Shown here: positions 10,121-20,833 of the stretch, one piece after another
Numbering within the stretch: the stretch's first letter is position 1
Layout: each line of letters opens with the position of its first letter
Assembly (NCBI GenBank): GCA_963781615.1
Contig: CAWAGI010000001.1
Span: 710,793 to 774,792, forward strand
Source of the DNA: an uncultured Actinomycetes bacterium
Lineage (GTDB): Bacteria > Actinomycetota > Acidimicrobiia > IMCC26256 > JACDBD01
Length of the DNA stretch: 64,000 nucleotides
Reading direction: 5' to 3'
The notes under the pieces: generated by a model
The model's input: only the letters and a program-made list of their open reading frames with translations
Databases searched by the model: none
Told to the model about the DNA's origin: nothing
Position numbers and translations under genes: made by a program

Positions 10121-11714
10121 CCGCCTCGCCGGCGACGGACCGGTGCTGTTGGTCGACGACGACGACACGGTGCGGCGCTTCTTCGTGCGGGCGCTGACCC
10201 GCGCCGGCTTCGACGTCGTCGAAGCGAACGACGGGCCCGACGGCATGGCCCGGATCGCCGAGAAGCTCCCCTCGGTTGTCGTGCTCGACAACTGCATGCC
10301 GGGCATGAGCGGGCTCGACGTGCTCGACGAGCTGCGCCGCGATCCGCAGACCCGGACGCTGCCGGTGATCCTCGTGACCGCGCAAGGTGAGGTCGAGGAG
10401 CGCGTCGTCGGACTCGGCGCGGGCGCGAACGACTACGTGACGAAGCCCGTCCACCCTGACGAGCTCGTTGCCCGGGTCCGCGCCCAGCTGCGCGGTCAGG
10501 CAGCGTGGCGCGAGGCGATCGAGCAGGCGTGGAGAACCCGCGCCACGGTCGTCGAGCAGCTCGGCTGCCTCGACACGTCCGCGCCGCCCGCTCGAGTCGG
10601 TGATGCCGTCTGCGAGGCGCTCCTGGACCTGCCGGGCACGGACGCCGTAGCCCTGCTGCGCTTCGAGGACAACGACGTCTCCGTGCTGGCGCAGCGCGGA
10701 GGCGCGGCCGTGGCGGCGGGCACGGCGCTCCCGCCCATCCTCGGGCTCATGGTGCAGCGGCGGGCCCGCGCCGGACCCTGGGCTGACGAGGCGGCGCTGC
10801 ACTCCGACGCCGCCGTCGCCGGCCGCCCGGTCCTGTCGGCGTTCGCACCGTTGACGTGGCGCAACAGCATGATCGGTGTGCTCGCACTGGGGTTCGCGCC
10901 GGGCGCGGCGGCGGCGGCGCTGAGGGCGCCGGCGTTGGCGACTGCCATCGACCTCGCACCTGCGGTCGCGGCGGCCGTCGGCCCGTCGCTGACCGGTCGC
11001 GACTCGCCCCGGCCCGTCATCGAGGACGTGATCGCCAGTCGTGCGTTCCAGCCCGTCTTCCAGCCCGTCGTCGATCTCAAGACGCGTGAGGTGATGGGTT
11101 TCGAGGCACTCACGCGTTTCGACGACGGGACCCCGCCCGAATTGCGGTTCAAGGAGGCGGCCGAGATGGGCCTCGCGGTCCGGCTCGAGCACGCCACCGT
11201 CGGCGCCGCGCTCGAGGCCGCGGCGCAGCTTCCGCCGGGCCTGTTCGTGAGCGTGAACGCCTCACCGGCGTTGATCCTCGAGCGTGAGACGATCGCAGTC
11301 GCAGCCCGCGACCAGTCACGCCCGTTGATCCTCGAGCTCACCGAGCGCGAACCCGTCGACGACTACGGCGCGCTGGCGCGAGTACTGGAAGGTCTCAGGA
11401 GCGTGAAGCTCGCCGTCGACGACGCCGGCGCGGGGTACGCGAGCCTGCGACACATCCTCGCCCTGCGTCCGTCGTACATCAAGCTCGACATCACCTGGGT
11501 GCGCGACATCGAGAACGACACCGCCCGCCAGGCGCTGGTCGCCGGCATCAACCACTTCGCGACGTTGACGAACTGTCGCATCATCGCAGAGGGAATCGAG
11601 ACGGAAGCTGAGTGCAAGGCGCTGCGCCGCCTCGGCATCGACTTCGGCCAGGGCTTCCTTTTCGGGCATCCCGAGCCCGTCGACGCGTTCCTCACCTGCG
11701 CTCAGCGAAGCTGA
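10113..11714 (+). CDS. response regulator with EAL (c-di-GMP phosphodiesterase) output domain
   Basis: The REC domain reads VLLVDDDDTVRRFF..VVVLDNCMPGMSG..DYVTKP. The EAL domain reads GFEALTRF...LELTERE...LAVDDAGAGYASL...KLD...IAEGIETE...GQGFLFG. The ATG at 10113 overlaps the kinase stop (ATGCCTAG); the ORF track starts at GTG 10101. Confidence 0.85.
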   Translation: MPSRLAGDGPVLLVDDDDTVRRFFVRALTRAGFDVVEANDGPDGMARIAEKLPSVVVLDNCMPGMSGLDVLDELRRDPQTRTLPVILVTAQGEVEERVVGLGAGANDYVTKPVHPDELVARVRAQLRGQAAWREAIEQAWRTRATVVEQLGCLDTSAPPARVGDAVCEALLDLPGTDAVALLRFEDNDVSVLAQRGGAAVAAGTALPPILGLMVQRRARAGPWADEAALHSDAAVAGRPVLSAFAPLTWRNSMIGVLALGFAPGAAAAALRAPALATAIDLAPAVAAAVGPSLTGRDSPRPVIEDVIASRAFQPVFQPVVDLKTREVMGFEALTRFDDGTPPELRFKEAAEMGLAVRLEHATVGAALEAAAQLPPGLFVSVNASPALILERETIAVAARDQSRPLILELTEREPVDDYGALARVLEGLRSVKLAVDDAGAGYASLRHILALRPSYIKLDITWVRDIENDTARQALVAGINHFATLTNCRIIAEGIETEAECKALRRLGIDFGQGFLFGHPEPVDAFLTCAQRS

Positions 11715-11734
11715 GGTACGCACCAGCGCCCGCG

Positions 11735-13430
11735 CTAACGGTCGCGGAGGAACCATCCGCGCGGGTCCCAACGCCGGAGGGCGGCGATCTCGTCGGCGGT
11801 CGGTGGCGGGAGCTCGCCCACCTCGGGGGCGACGGCCAGCTCCCACCCGCATGCGGCGCGGGCGGCGTCGACCCGCTCTGCGAGAGTGCCGTCGCCGGCC
11901 ACGGCGGTGAGCACGAGCTCGTCGCCGCCACGCTTCTCGAGCATGCCGAGGTCGGTGACGAGAGCTGCGTACGGCGCGGCCGGGTGAGGTGACGTACCCG
12001 CACGCGGGTGGGGTGCGCTCGGGCGTGAGAGTCGCGACGACGACCGCCTCCGCAGCGACGCTGGCGACATCGTTGCCCCCACCCGAGCCCACGAGGAACG
12101 GACCATCGGGGACCAGCGTCGAGTTGATGTTGCCGAAACGGTCGACCTGGGCGCCGCCGAGACACGCGACGGTGGTCGTCCCCGGCCCGCCGACGAGCGT
12201 CCCGAGCACCAGCCCGGCGTCACCGAGCATCGTCGAGCGCGGGAAGTTGCGGTGGTTGAGCACGAACGGGTCCGCCGGCGTCGGGTTGTAGCCCCACAGC
12301 CCGATCTCGGCCGTGAGCTGCACGTCGCACCCGGCGTCCCGCGCCTGCGTGACGCCGAGCCACGCCGACAGGTTGGCGACGCCGGCGCCGGCAAGCACCG
12401 CGTTTGCACCAAGCGCACGCACGCGGTCGGCAAGGTGCCGGGCGCCGAAGACGGCGGCCCGCTCCCATCGATTGGCAGGTGCATCCAAGTCGGGCGGGTA
12501 CGCGGCCTCGTCCGTGTGCCAAGAGTCGGGATCGGCCTTCGCCCGCAGCGCCGCGACCCGGTCGCCATCCAGGCGAGCGACGTACTCGCTCTGGTCGTCG
12601 ACCTCGAGGACCCAGTGCCTGATCCAGTCGTCGAAGTCCTCCCGGCGCGACGCGGCGCGTGCCTCGACCCAGAACTCGTAGTCCTCGCCGTACCCGTCGA
12701 CCGGGAGATCGCCCGTGAACAGGCCACCCGGATGCGCGCCCATCTCCGTCTCGCAGATCGCGAGCACCCGGTGCGCGGGGATCCGCACGAGATGCGACCA
12801 TCCACGCAGATCGTCGACCACGCGCTCGACGGTCACGACGGCCCCCCGGCGTGCGGCCAGCGCGCCCCACACACCTTCGAGCATCGGAGGGTGGACGGCG
12901 ACGTTGCCGTCACGGTCGGCGACGGGTGCGTGCAGCAGCGCGACGTCCGGAACGAGCGGCGCGAGGAGACCGACCTCGCCGAACGGCGTGGCAGCTCGGG
13001 CGTAGGCGTCGTTTTCCTCCATCGACGACCCGGCGATCGACCGGGTCACGACGGCGGGAAGGTTGCACGCCGCCGCCTCGAGCCGCTGCGCAAACGCGAG
13101 GAAGGACCAGTGCTCGACCGCAACCTCCCCGCGCTCGTATGCGCCGGCGAAGATCGGGTTGGGCGTGAAGTTCGGGAAGGTGTCGCCCGAGTAGCCGGTG
13201 ACGACCCGCTCGACGAGCCCGCCCCGGAAGAACAGCGTCCCCAGGCTGGAGAGACTCAGCATCACCAGCGTGAAGCGAGGTTCCCTCCCCCACCACTGCC
13301 GCACCACCTCGCGGGCGGCGGCGGTCCAGCGGGTGTGGCCGACGAGGATGTGCAGCGCGTCGCCGGGCCGCACGTGTGCGGCGACCGCATCCTGGAGCGA
13401 CGTGACCTTGTGGTGGCTCGCGGCCGTCAC
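11735..13430 (-). CDS. fused CoA-transferase (glutaconate/3-oxoacid CoA-transferase A+B-like); frame break ~11968-11985
   Basis: ORF 11316..13667 is sensible from GTG 13430 (VTAASHHKVTSLQDAVAAHVRPGD...) to ...GYVTSPG. The C-terminus continues in ORF 11735..12805 as YAALVTDLGMLEKRGGDELVLTAV...RWDPRGWFLRDR. The GTG start overlaps the upstream stop (GTGA). Confidence 0.75.
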
Positions 13431-14530
13431 GCGCTGTCGAGCACCAGGTCGGCGAGGCGACGGCGCTGCCAGCCCTGGTAGCCGAGCATGGCGTCGTTCA
13501 TCTTCGCCCGCTTGTAGTAGAGGTGCGCGTCGCAGTCCCACGTGAACCCGACGCCGCCGTGGATCTGGATGTCCTCGCCGGAGATGAACACGGCCGCCTC
13601 GGCGACGAACCCCTTGGCCATCGCCGCGGCGCGCTCTCGACCAGGGTCGTCGACGTCGGACGCCCACGCGGCGTAGTGGGTCCCGACGCGCGCCAACTCC
13701 AGCTGGTGGAGCATGTCGACGGCCTTGTGCCGGATGGCCTGGAACGTGGCGATCGGCCGGTCGAACTGCACTCGCACCTTGGCGTACTCCGTCGCGAGCG
13801 AGAGGGCGGCGTCACAGGCGCCGATGAGCTCGGCGGCGAGCATGACGCCGGCGTCGTCCACGACCCTGCGCCACAGCTCGGTCTGGTCGCCCCGTGGGCC
13901 GACGGGCACCGCGCGCCGCTCCTCGAGCACGAGGCGGGCCGCCTTCCGGGTGGGGTCCATCGTCGGGGCGGACTCGCCGTGCGGCGCCTCGAGCAGGAAC
14001 GAGCCGATCCCCTCTTCGGTCCGGGCGACGACGATCACCCAGTCCGCGGTGTGCCCGTCGAGGACGAGCGGCTTGCGGCCCGTGAGCGCCCAATCGGCGC
14101 CCTTGCGACGCGCGCGTGTGTGCACGCGATCGACAGGATCGTCGTGTCCGAGCTCCTCGAGCGCGACCGTCCCGCGGATCGCGCCCGACGCGAGCTGCGC
14201 GAGCAGATCGTTCTCCTCCAGCCGGCGCGCCGCGAGCGTGGCGAAGACCGACGACGAGAAGAACGGGCCCGGGAACGGCAGCCGGCCCATCTCCTCCATC
14301 ACGACGGCCATGTCGACCAGTCCGAGACCCAGGCCGCCGTCGGCCTCCGGCACGAGCAGACCGGGCCAGCCGAGCTCGGCGAGCTTCTCCCACACCGCGT
14401 CGGTGAACCCACGTTCGTCGTCTGCCATCTCGCGGACGTATCGGCTCGGCGCCTCGCGCGCGAGGAACGCGCGCACCGTCTCGCGCAGCGCGTCTTGATC
14501 GTCGCTGAAGGTGAAATCCAAGGGAAACAC
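13427..14530 (-). CDS. acyl-CoA dehydrogenase family protein (FadE-like)
   Basis: 367-aa intact ORF with an ACAD-like C-terminal segment (IQIHGGVGFTWDCDAHLYYKRAK). Confidence 0.9.
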   Translation of the reverse strand: MFPLDFTFSDDQDALRETVRAFLAREAPSRYVREMADDERGFTDAVWEKLAELGWPGLLVPEADGGLGLGLVDMAVVMEEMGRLPFPGPFFSSSVFATLAARRLEENDLLAQLASGAIRGTVALEELGHDDPVDRVHTRARRKGADWALTGRKPLVLDGHTADWVIVVARTEEGIGSFLLEAPHGESAPTMDPTRKAARLVLEERRAVPVGPRGDQTELWRRVVDDAGVMLAAELIGACDAALSLATEYAKVRVQFDRPIATFQAIRHKAVDMLHQLELARVGTHYAAWASDVDDPGRERAAAMAKGFVAEAAVFISGEDIQIHGGVGFTWDCDAHLYYKRAKMNDAMLGYQGWQRRRLADLVLDSA

Positions 14531-14571
14531 AGCCTCCCGAGAAACCTGACACGGATGTTAGTGTTCGTTCG

Positions 14572-15793
14572 ATGGACTTCGCGTACTCGCCCGAGGACAT
14601 CGCGTTCCGCGACGAGCTTCGAAGTTGGCTCGAGGAGAACCTGCCGAAGTTCCTCGCCGACTGGGGTGGCGACGACGATTCGGGTGGCGGTCGCGCCGGC
14701 GGCATGCAGTCGAGCGTCTCGCGCAGCCAGGAGCGCCGCAAGGACTGGCAACGCCGGCTCAACGAGGGTCGCTGGGCGGCGATCAACTGGCCGAAGGACT
14801 GGGGCGGTCGCGAGGCGACGCCGGTCCAGAACGTGATCCACGCCGAGGAGAACGCACGCGTGCCGCGCGCCCGGTATCTACAACGCCAACGGCATCTGGC
14901 AGATCGGCCCGATGATCATCAAGTGGGGCACCGACGAGCAGAAGCAACGGTGGCTGCCCGGCATCCTCGACGCCTCGGAGCACTGGTGCCAGGGGTTCAG
15001 CGAGCCCGAGGCCGGCTCCGACCTCGCCAACCTTCGCACCACGGCCGTCCGCGACGGAGACGAGTACGTCGTCAACGGCCAGAAGATCTGGATCTCGACC
15101 GCGCACCTCGCCGACTGGGGTCTGTTCCTGTTGCGAACCGATCCCGAGGCGATCGAGCGCGGCGCCAAGCACGAGGGCATCACCGCGTTCATCGTCAACA
15201 TGCACACGCCCGGCATCGAGTGCCGGCCGATCCGCGACATCGCCGGCGACGAGCTCTTCAACGAGGTCTGGTTCACAGATGCGCGAGTCCCACTCGACTG
15301 CCGACTCGGCGAGGAGGGGCAGGGCTGGCAGGTCGCGATGGGGACGCTCGGGCACGAACGCGTCGGCACCGCCGGCCTGGCGATCACGATGGCCGCGGAT
15401 CTCCGCTCGATGATCTCCGCCGCCAAGGCGACCAACCCGGACGCGCTGCGCGATCCCGAGATCCGGGAGCGGATCGCCCGGGCGTTCACGGACATCGAGT
15501 ACACGAAGCTCCTCAACTACCGAGCGCTGACGAAGATCATCAAGGGCGAGAAGAACTGGCCCGAGGTCCCACTGGCCAAGCTGCAGTGGAGCTACCTCGC
15601 CCAGACGCTCGCCGAGCTGGCCGTCGACCTGCTCGGCCCGGCCGGGCTCCTCGCCAAGGGCGGGCCCGACGCCGTCGACGGCGGCACGTGGACGCGCCTC
15701 TACTCCTTCCAGCGCTACACGACGATCGGCGCCGGCGCCACCGAGGTGCAGAAGAACATCATCGCCGACCGCGCCCTCCTCCCCCGCAAGTAG
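14572..15793 (+). CDS. acyl-CoA dehydrogenase family protein; frame break ~14855-14875
   Basis: The N-terminal part of ORF 14572..16707 is sensible up to ...ATPVQNVIHAEENARV. The protein continues in ORF 14912..15793, whose frame upstream already reads APGIYNANGIWQIGPMIIKWGTDEQKQRWLP...WCQGFSEPEAGSDLANL. Confidence 0.8.
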
Positions 15794-15810
15794 GCAGATC
15801 TCGTCGAGCC

Positions 15811-16707
15811 GTGAAGCTCGGCATCGTCACACCCGCCGTCACGCGCCTTCCTCGGGCGCACGCGACCTGGGAGGAGACGGCGGGCATCGACGAGATCGCC
15901 CGCGTCGCCGTCGAGGCCGAGCGGCTCGGCTTCCACCACCTCACGTGCAGCGAGCACGTCGCGCTCCCGGCCGAGGTGGCCGACACACGAGGCGCCACCT
16001 ACTGGGACCCGCTGGCGACGTTCGGCTACATCTCGGCCCGCACCACCACCATCCGGCTCGCCACGCACGTGCTCGTCCTCGGCTACCACCACCCGCTGGC
16101 GATCGCCAAGCGCTACGGCACCCTCGACCGCATCTCAGGCGGACGGCTCATCCTCGGGGTCGGCGTCGGCTCGCTGCGCGAGGAGTTCGACCTGCTCGGC
16201 GCGGAGTTCGAGGACCGCGGCGCACGTGGCGACGACGCGATCCGCGCCCTACGCGCCTCGCTCTCCCAGATCGTGCCCGCGTACCACGGCGACTACTTCG
16301 CCTACGACGGCTTCGTGGTCGACCCGTGCGCGGTGCAAGCCCGCATGCCGATCTGGGTCGGCGGACGCACCGCACGCTCGCTGCGCCGGGCGGTGGAGCT
16401 CGCCGACGGCTGGGCGCCGTTCGGGCTGGCACGCACCGACCTCACCGAAATGATCGCCCGCGCCCGCGAGAGCGAGCCCTGGGCGGCCCGCGCCCAGATC
16501 GCCGATGCACCGCCGTTCGAGCTCGTGCTCCAGAACGAGCATCCCTTCGACCCCGGCGCCGAGCCGGGCCGGGTCGGCGAGGCGGTGGCCCGGCTGGCCG
16601 ACGCCGGCGCGACGACGCTCAACGTGCGGTTCGTGCACCACTCGCTCGACCACTACCTGGAGCAGATGGCCGCGATGCGGGACCTCGTGCCTCAGAACTC
16701 GACGTAG
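15811..16707 (+). CDS. LLM-class (luciferase-like, probably F420-dependent) oxidoreductase
   Basis: This is the tail of ORF 14572..16707 starting at GTG 15811: VKLGIVTPAV...GFHHLTCSEHVALP...GRLILGVGVGSLREEF...MPIWVGGRT. Confidence 0.85.
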   Translation: MKLGIVTPAVTRLPRAHATWEETAGIDEIARVAVEAERLGFHHLTCSEHVALPAEVADTRGATYWDPLATFGYISARTTTIRLATHVLVLGYHHPLAIAKRYGTLDRISGGRLILGVGVGSLREEFDLLGAEFEDRGARGDDAIRALRASLSQIVPAYHGDYFAYDGFVVDPCAVQARMPIWVGGRTARSLRRAVELADGWAPFGLARTDLTEMIARARESEPWAARAQIADAPPFELVLQNEHPFDPGAEPGRVGEAVARLADAGATTLNVRFVHHSLDHYLEQMAAMRDLVPQNST

Positions 16708-17357
16708 TGGTCGAAGCGCCGTTCGAGCGGATCGGTCGCGGTCCGCAGGGCCGTCCAGTGATGCGCGGGATCAGCCGTCGACACCTCTTCGATCCTCCAG
16801 CCGAGGTTCGTCGTGCAGAACGACACGGCCCGAGCCACCGAACGCAGCTGGTAGTCGTCGATCACCACGATCCCACCGGGCCGTACGAGCCGGCCGAGGT
16901 ACACGAGGTCCACGAACACGCCGTCGAAGCGGTGGTTGCCGTCGACGAAGGCGAGGTCGAACGTGCGGTCCTCGGCGAGGAACCGCGGGAGCACGATCTG
17001 CGACTCTGCGGCGTGGAACTCCACGACATCGCCGATCCCCGATTCCTCCAAAACCTGCAGGCCACAGTCCGCGAACCGTCGCCCCTGGTGCGGATCGATG
17101 GTCACGTGGTGCGCGTCGTCGCCGTTCGCGAGCAAGCCGTCGCAGATGAACAGGGCGGCGATGCCGTATCCGAGCCCGACCTCGATCGTGCGCGAGGCGT
17201 TCTCGCCTTTCACCCACCGGCGCAGCGCTTCGCCCTCTTCTGCAGTCACCGACACCGGGAACACGCGGTGAACGGTGCCGTCCGAGCTCGCCCCAATGCT
17301 GCCGTCTCGCAGGACATGCTCCAGGACGTGGTGGAGGCGGCGCGTCGACCGACCCAC
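16692..17357 (-). CDS. class I SAM-dependent O-methyltransferase (family 3-like)
   Basis: This is the 3' part of ORF 16692..18476: TIEVGLGYGIAALFI...FDLAFVDGNHRFDGVFVDLVYLGRLVRPGGIVVIDD. The start is uncertain; GTG 17357 is the first in-frame start after the ackA stop. Confidence 0.7.
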   Translation of the reverse strand: MGRSTRRLHHVLEHVLRDGSIGASSDGTVHRVFPVSVTAEEGEALRRWVKGENASRTIEVGLGYGIAALFICDGLLANGDDAHHVTIDPHQGRRFADCGLQVLEESGIGDVVEFHAAESQIVLPRFLAEDRTFDLAFVDGNHRFDGVFVDLVYLGRLVRPGGIVVIDDYQLRSVARAVSFCTTNLGWRIEEVSTADPAHHWTALRTATDPLERRFDHYVEF

Positions 17358-17359
17358 GT

Positions 17360-18476
17360 CTACCCAGCTACCAGCGCGCGGGTGTGGCGGGCGATCACGA
17401 GGTCCTCGTCGGTCCGCACGACCCGGACCACGCACGAGGCGCCGGGGGCGCTGATCACGTCGGCGTGCGCGGCGTTGGCCGACTCGTCGAGCTCGACGCC
17501 GAGGTGCTCGAGGCCACGGCACGTCTCGGCCCGGACGAACGACGCCTTCTCGCCGATGCCGCCGGTGAACACGAGGGTGTCGAGGCCGCCGAGCACGGCG
17601 GCGAGCGCTCCGACGTGCACGCGCGCGGAGTAGCAGAACGCAGTCGACGGCCAACGCCGCGCGCTGATTCCGCTCACGGTCCTCGATGAGTCGCTGCATG
17701 TCCGACGTGCCACCTGAGAGCGCAGCGAGGCCCGCCTCCCGGTCGACGAGCCGCTCGAGGCGGTCGGCGTCGTAGCCCTGCTCGCGCAACAGGTACACGG
17801 GAACGCCGGGGTCGAGGTCGCCGCTGCGGGTGCTCATGACCAGGCCACCGGCGGGCGTGAACCCCATCGTCGTGTCGACCGACTGCCCATCGCGCACCGC
17901 GACCATGCTGGCGCCGTTGCCGAGATGGGCGATGACCGCTCGGCCGAGCTCCGCCGCGCCCACCTTGCCGACGACGTACTCGTACGAGATGCCGTGGAAG
18001 CCGTATCGCCGCACGCCCGCGTCCCAAAGGGAGTCCGGCAGCGGGAGGCGTTGCGCGACCAACGGCATGCGGTGGTGGAACGCGGTGTCGAAGCAGGCCA
18101 CCTGCGGGATGTCCCACCGGGCACCGACCGCCTCGATGCCCGAGATCGCGGCAGGCATGTGCAACGGAGCGAAGGGGATGATCTCGCGGAGCTCGGTGAG
18201 CACGCCTTCGTCGACGAGCGCGGGCTCCGAGAGGCGTGGACCGCCGTGCACGACGCGGTGACCGGCGGCGCCCGGTGCCGGCAGGCCCTCGTCGTCGAAC
18301 GAAGCGAGAGCGGCGTCGAGCGCACCGCGATAGTCGCCGGACTCGATGGGTTGCTCGGCTCGGCCCAACGCGCGCTCCCCCGCGCCGTCGACCCCGAAGA
18401 GGGAGGTCTTCAGCGACGACGATCCGCTGTTCACAGACAGGACGACGCGCGGATCGCCCGCGCTCACGGGCTCCAA
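17360..18476 (-). CDS. ackA: acetate kinase; frame break ~17636-17650
   Basis: The N-terminal part reads [12 protein letters not shown]...[10 protein letters not shown]...[12 protein letters not shown]...RAALAVD in the frame of ORF 16692..18476. The C-terminus is in ORF 17360..17713: [33 protein letters not shown]. Confidence 0.8.
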
Positions 18477-20824
18477 CGCCAGTCGCGCACCTCCGGCATG
18501 TCCTCGAAGTGCTCGACGACGTACCGCTCGTGCTTTCGCAGCATGCCCTTGCAGTGCTCGACGAGCGTCTCGGCGCCGACCGGCACATCACGCGCGCGGT
18601 TCACCGCTTCGATGCAGAGGTGGTATCGGCTGATCTCGTTGCGCACGACCATGTCGAAGGGCGTGGTCGTCGTGCCCTCCTCCTGGTAGCCCCGCACATG
18701 GAAGCGGTGTGGGTTGGGCCGTCCGTGGATCAGATGGTGGACGGCGCTCGGGTACCCGTGGAAGGCGAACACGATGTCCGTGTCGGCGGTGAACGCGTCC
18801 ACGAACTCTCCCTCGCCCATCCCGTGCGGGTGACGCGCCTCGGGGAACAGCGCCATGAGGTCGATGACGTTCACCACGCGGAACTCGAACTCGGGGCAGT
18901 GCCGGCGCAGGAGTTGAGCGGCGGCGATCGTCTCCATGGTGACGATGTCGCCCGCCGACGCGAGCACAACCTCTGGCTCCTTCCGGTGCTCGTTCCCCGC
19001 CCAGTCCCACACCGACGCACCGTGCGCGGCGTGCCGGCGGGCGGCGTCCATGTCGAGCCACTGGAGTTGGGGCTGCTTGTCGATCACGATGAGGTTCACG
19101 TAGTCGCGGCTGCGGAGGCAGTGGTCCGCGATGGCGAGCAGGCTGTTGGCGTCGGGCGGCAGGTAGATGCGCGACACCGTCCCTTTCTTGCTGAGGACCG
19201 TGTCGATCAACCCGGGGCCCTGGTGGCTGAACCCGTTGTGGTCGTTCCGCCAGCACGTCGAGGTGAGCAGCACGTTCAGCGATGCGACCGGGGCGCGCCA
19301 CGTGAGGTCGCGCGCGGCCTCGAGCCACTTGGCGTGCTGCACGGTCATCGAGGCAGAGACCATGGCGAACGCCTCGTACGAGGCGAACAGCCCGTGCCGG
19401 CCGGTGAGGAGGTACCCCTCGAGCCACCCTTGGCAGTTGTGCTCGCTGAGGATCTCCATCACCCGCCCGTCGTGCGTGACGTGGTCGTCGATGTCGATCA
19501 GGGGCTCGATCAGCATCCGGTTCTCGACGTCGAACACGGCGCCGAGCCGGTTCGAGTTCGTCTCGTCGGGGCACAGGAGACGGAAGTTGCCGCTCTTCTC
19601 GTTGCTCGTGAAGACGTCGCGCAGGAACTCACCCAGCCGGCGGGTCGACTCGTGGAGCTCCGCCCCTGGTCGGGCCACGGGGATCGCGTATCCGGTGAAG
19701 TCGGGAAGATCGAGCGGCTCGAGCAACTCGCCGCCGTTCGCGTGCGGGTTGGCGCCCATGCGGCGATCGCCGGCGGGCGCGAGCTGGGCGAGCGAGTCCA
19801 CCAACCGGCCCTCGGCGTCGAAGAGCTCGTCGGGTCGGTACCCGCGCATCCACTCCTCGAGCTGTTGAAGATGCTCCGGGTTGTCACGCACGTTGGCCAG
19901 CGGGACCTGGTGGGCCCGGAACGTTCCCTCGACGGGGAGGCCGTCGACCACCTTGGGGCCGGTCCAGCCCTTCGGGGTGCGCAGCACGATCGCCGGCCAT
20001 CGCGGGCGGGCGCCGAACCCGTGGGCGCGGGCGCCGTCCTGGATCTCCTTGATCGCGTCGAAGCAGCGATCGAGTGTCGACGCCAGGTTGCGGTGCACGA
20101 CCGGTGGGTCGTCGCCCTCGACGAAGTGCACGTCGTAGCCGTAGCCGGAGAGCACAGAGGCGACGCCGTCGTCGGTCGCCCGCCCGAACACGGTCGGGCC
20201 GGAGATCTTGTAGCCGTTGAGGTGCAGGATCGGCAGGACGGCGCCGTCGCGCACCGGGTTGAGGAAGTCGATCCCCTGCCACGAGCCCGACAGCGGGCCG
20301 GTCTCGGCCTCGCCGTCGCCGACGACGCACGCGACGACGAGGTCGGGGTTGTCGAACGCGGCGCCGAACGCGTGGACGAGCGCGTAACCGAGCTCGCCAC
20401 CCTCGTGGATCGACCCCGGCGTCGGCACGCTGACGTGGCTGGGCACGCCGCCTGGCGTCGAGAACTGACGGACGAGACGCTGAATGCCGTCGGTATCCGT
20501 CGACACGAGGGGATAGATCTCGCTGTACGTCCCCTCGAGATAGACGTTGGCGAGCACCGCCGGCCCGCCGTGGCCGGGACCGGTGATGAAGATCACGTCG
20601 GTGTCACGCTCGCGGATGACGCGGTTCAGGTGGACGTACAGCAGGCTCAAGCCGGGCGAGGTGCCCCAGTGACCGAGGAGGCGGGGCTTGATGTGCTCGG
20701 GTCGAAGGGGCTCCCGGAGCAGCGCGTTGTCGCGGAGGTAGATCTGGCCGACCGTGAGGTAGTTGGCGGCGCGCCAGTACGCGTCGATCGCGGCGAGGTC
20801 GTCGTCCGAGAGCGCGGTCTCCAT
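18464..20824 (-). CDS. xfp: xylulose-5-phosphate/fructose-6-phosphate phosphoketolase
   Basis: 786-aa intact ORF with the hallmark N-terminus ([39 protein letters not shown]) and a TPP-enzyme body. Confidence 0.93.
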   Translation of the reverse strand: METALSDDDLAAIDAYWRAANYLTVGQIYLRDNALLREPLRPEHIKPRLLGHWGTSPGLSLLYVHLNRVIRERDTDVIFITGPGHGGPAVLANVYLEGTYSEIYPLVSTDTDGIQRLVRQFSTPGGVPSHVSVPTPGSIHEGGELGYALVHAFGAAFDNPDLVVACVVGDGEAETGPLSGSWQGIDFLNPVRDGAVLPILHLNGYKISGPTVFGRATDDGVASVLSGYGYDVHFVEGDDPPVVHRNLASTLDRCFDAIKEIQDGARAHGFGARPRWPAIVLRTPKGWTGPKVVDGLPVEGTFRAHQVPLANVRDNPEHLQQLEEWMRGYRPDELFDAEGRLVDSLAQLAPAGDRRMGANPHANGGELLEPLDLPDFTGYAIPVARPGAELHESTRRLGEFLRDVFTSNEKSGNFRLLCPDETNSNRLGAVFDVENRMLIEPLIDIDDHVTHDGRVMEILSEHNCQGWLEGYLLTGRHGLFASYEAFAMVSASMTVQHAKWLEAARDLTWRAPVASLNVLLTSTCWRNDHNGFSHQGPGLIDTVLSKKGTVSRIYLPPDANSLLAIADHCLRSRDYVNLIVIDKQPQLQWLDMDAARRHAAHGASVWDWAGNEHRKEPEVVLASAGDIVTMETIAAAQLLRRHCPEFEFRVVNVIDLMALFPEARHPHGMGEGEFVDAFTADTDIVFAFHGYPSAVHHLIHGRPNPHRFHVRGYQEEGTTTTPFDMVVRNEISRYHLCIEAVNRARDVPVGAETLVEHCKGMLRKHERYVVEHFEDMPEVRDWRWSP

Positions 20825-20833
20825 CGATGCCTC

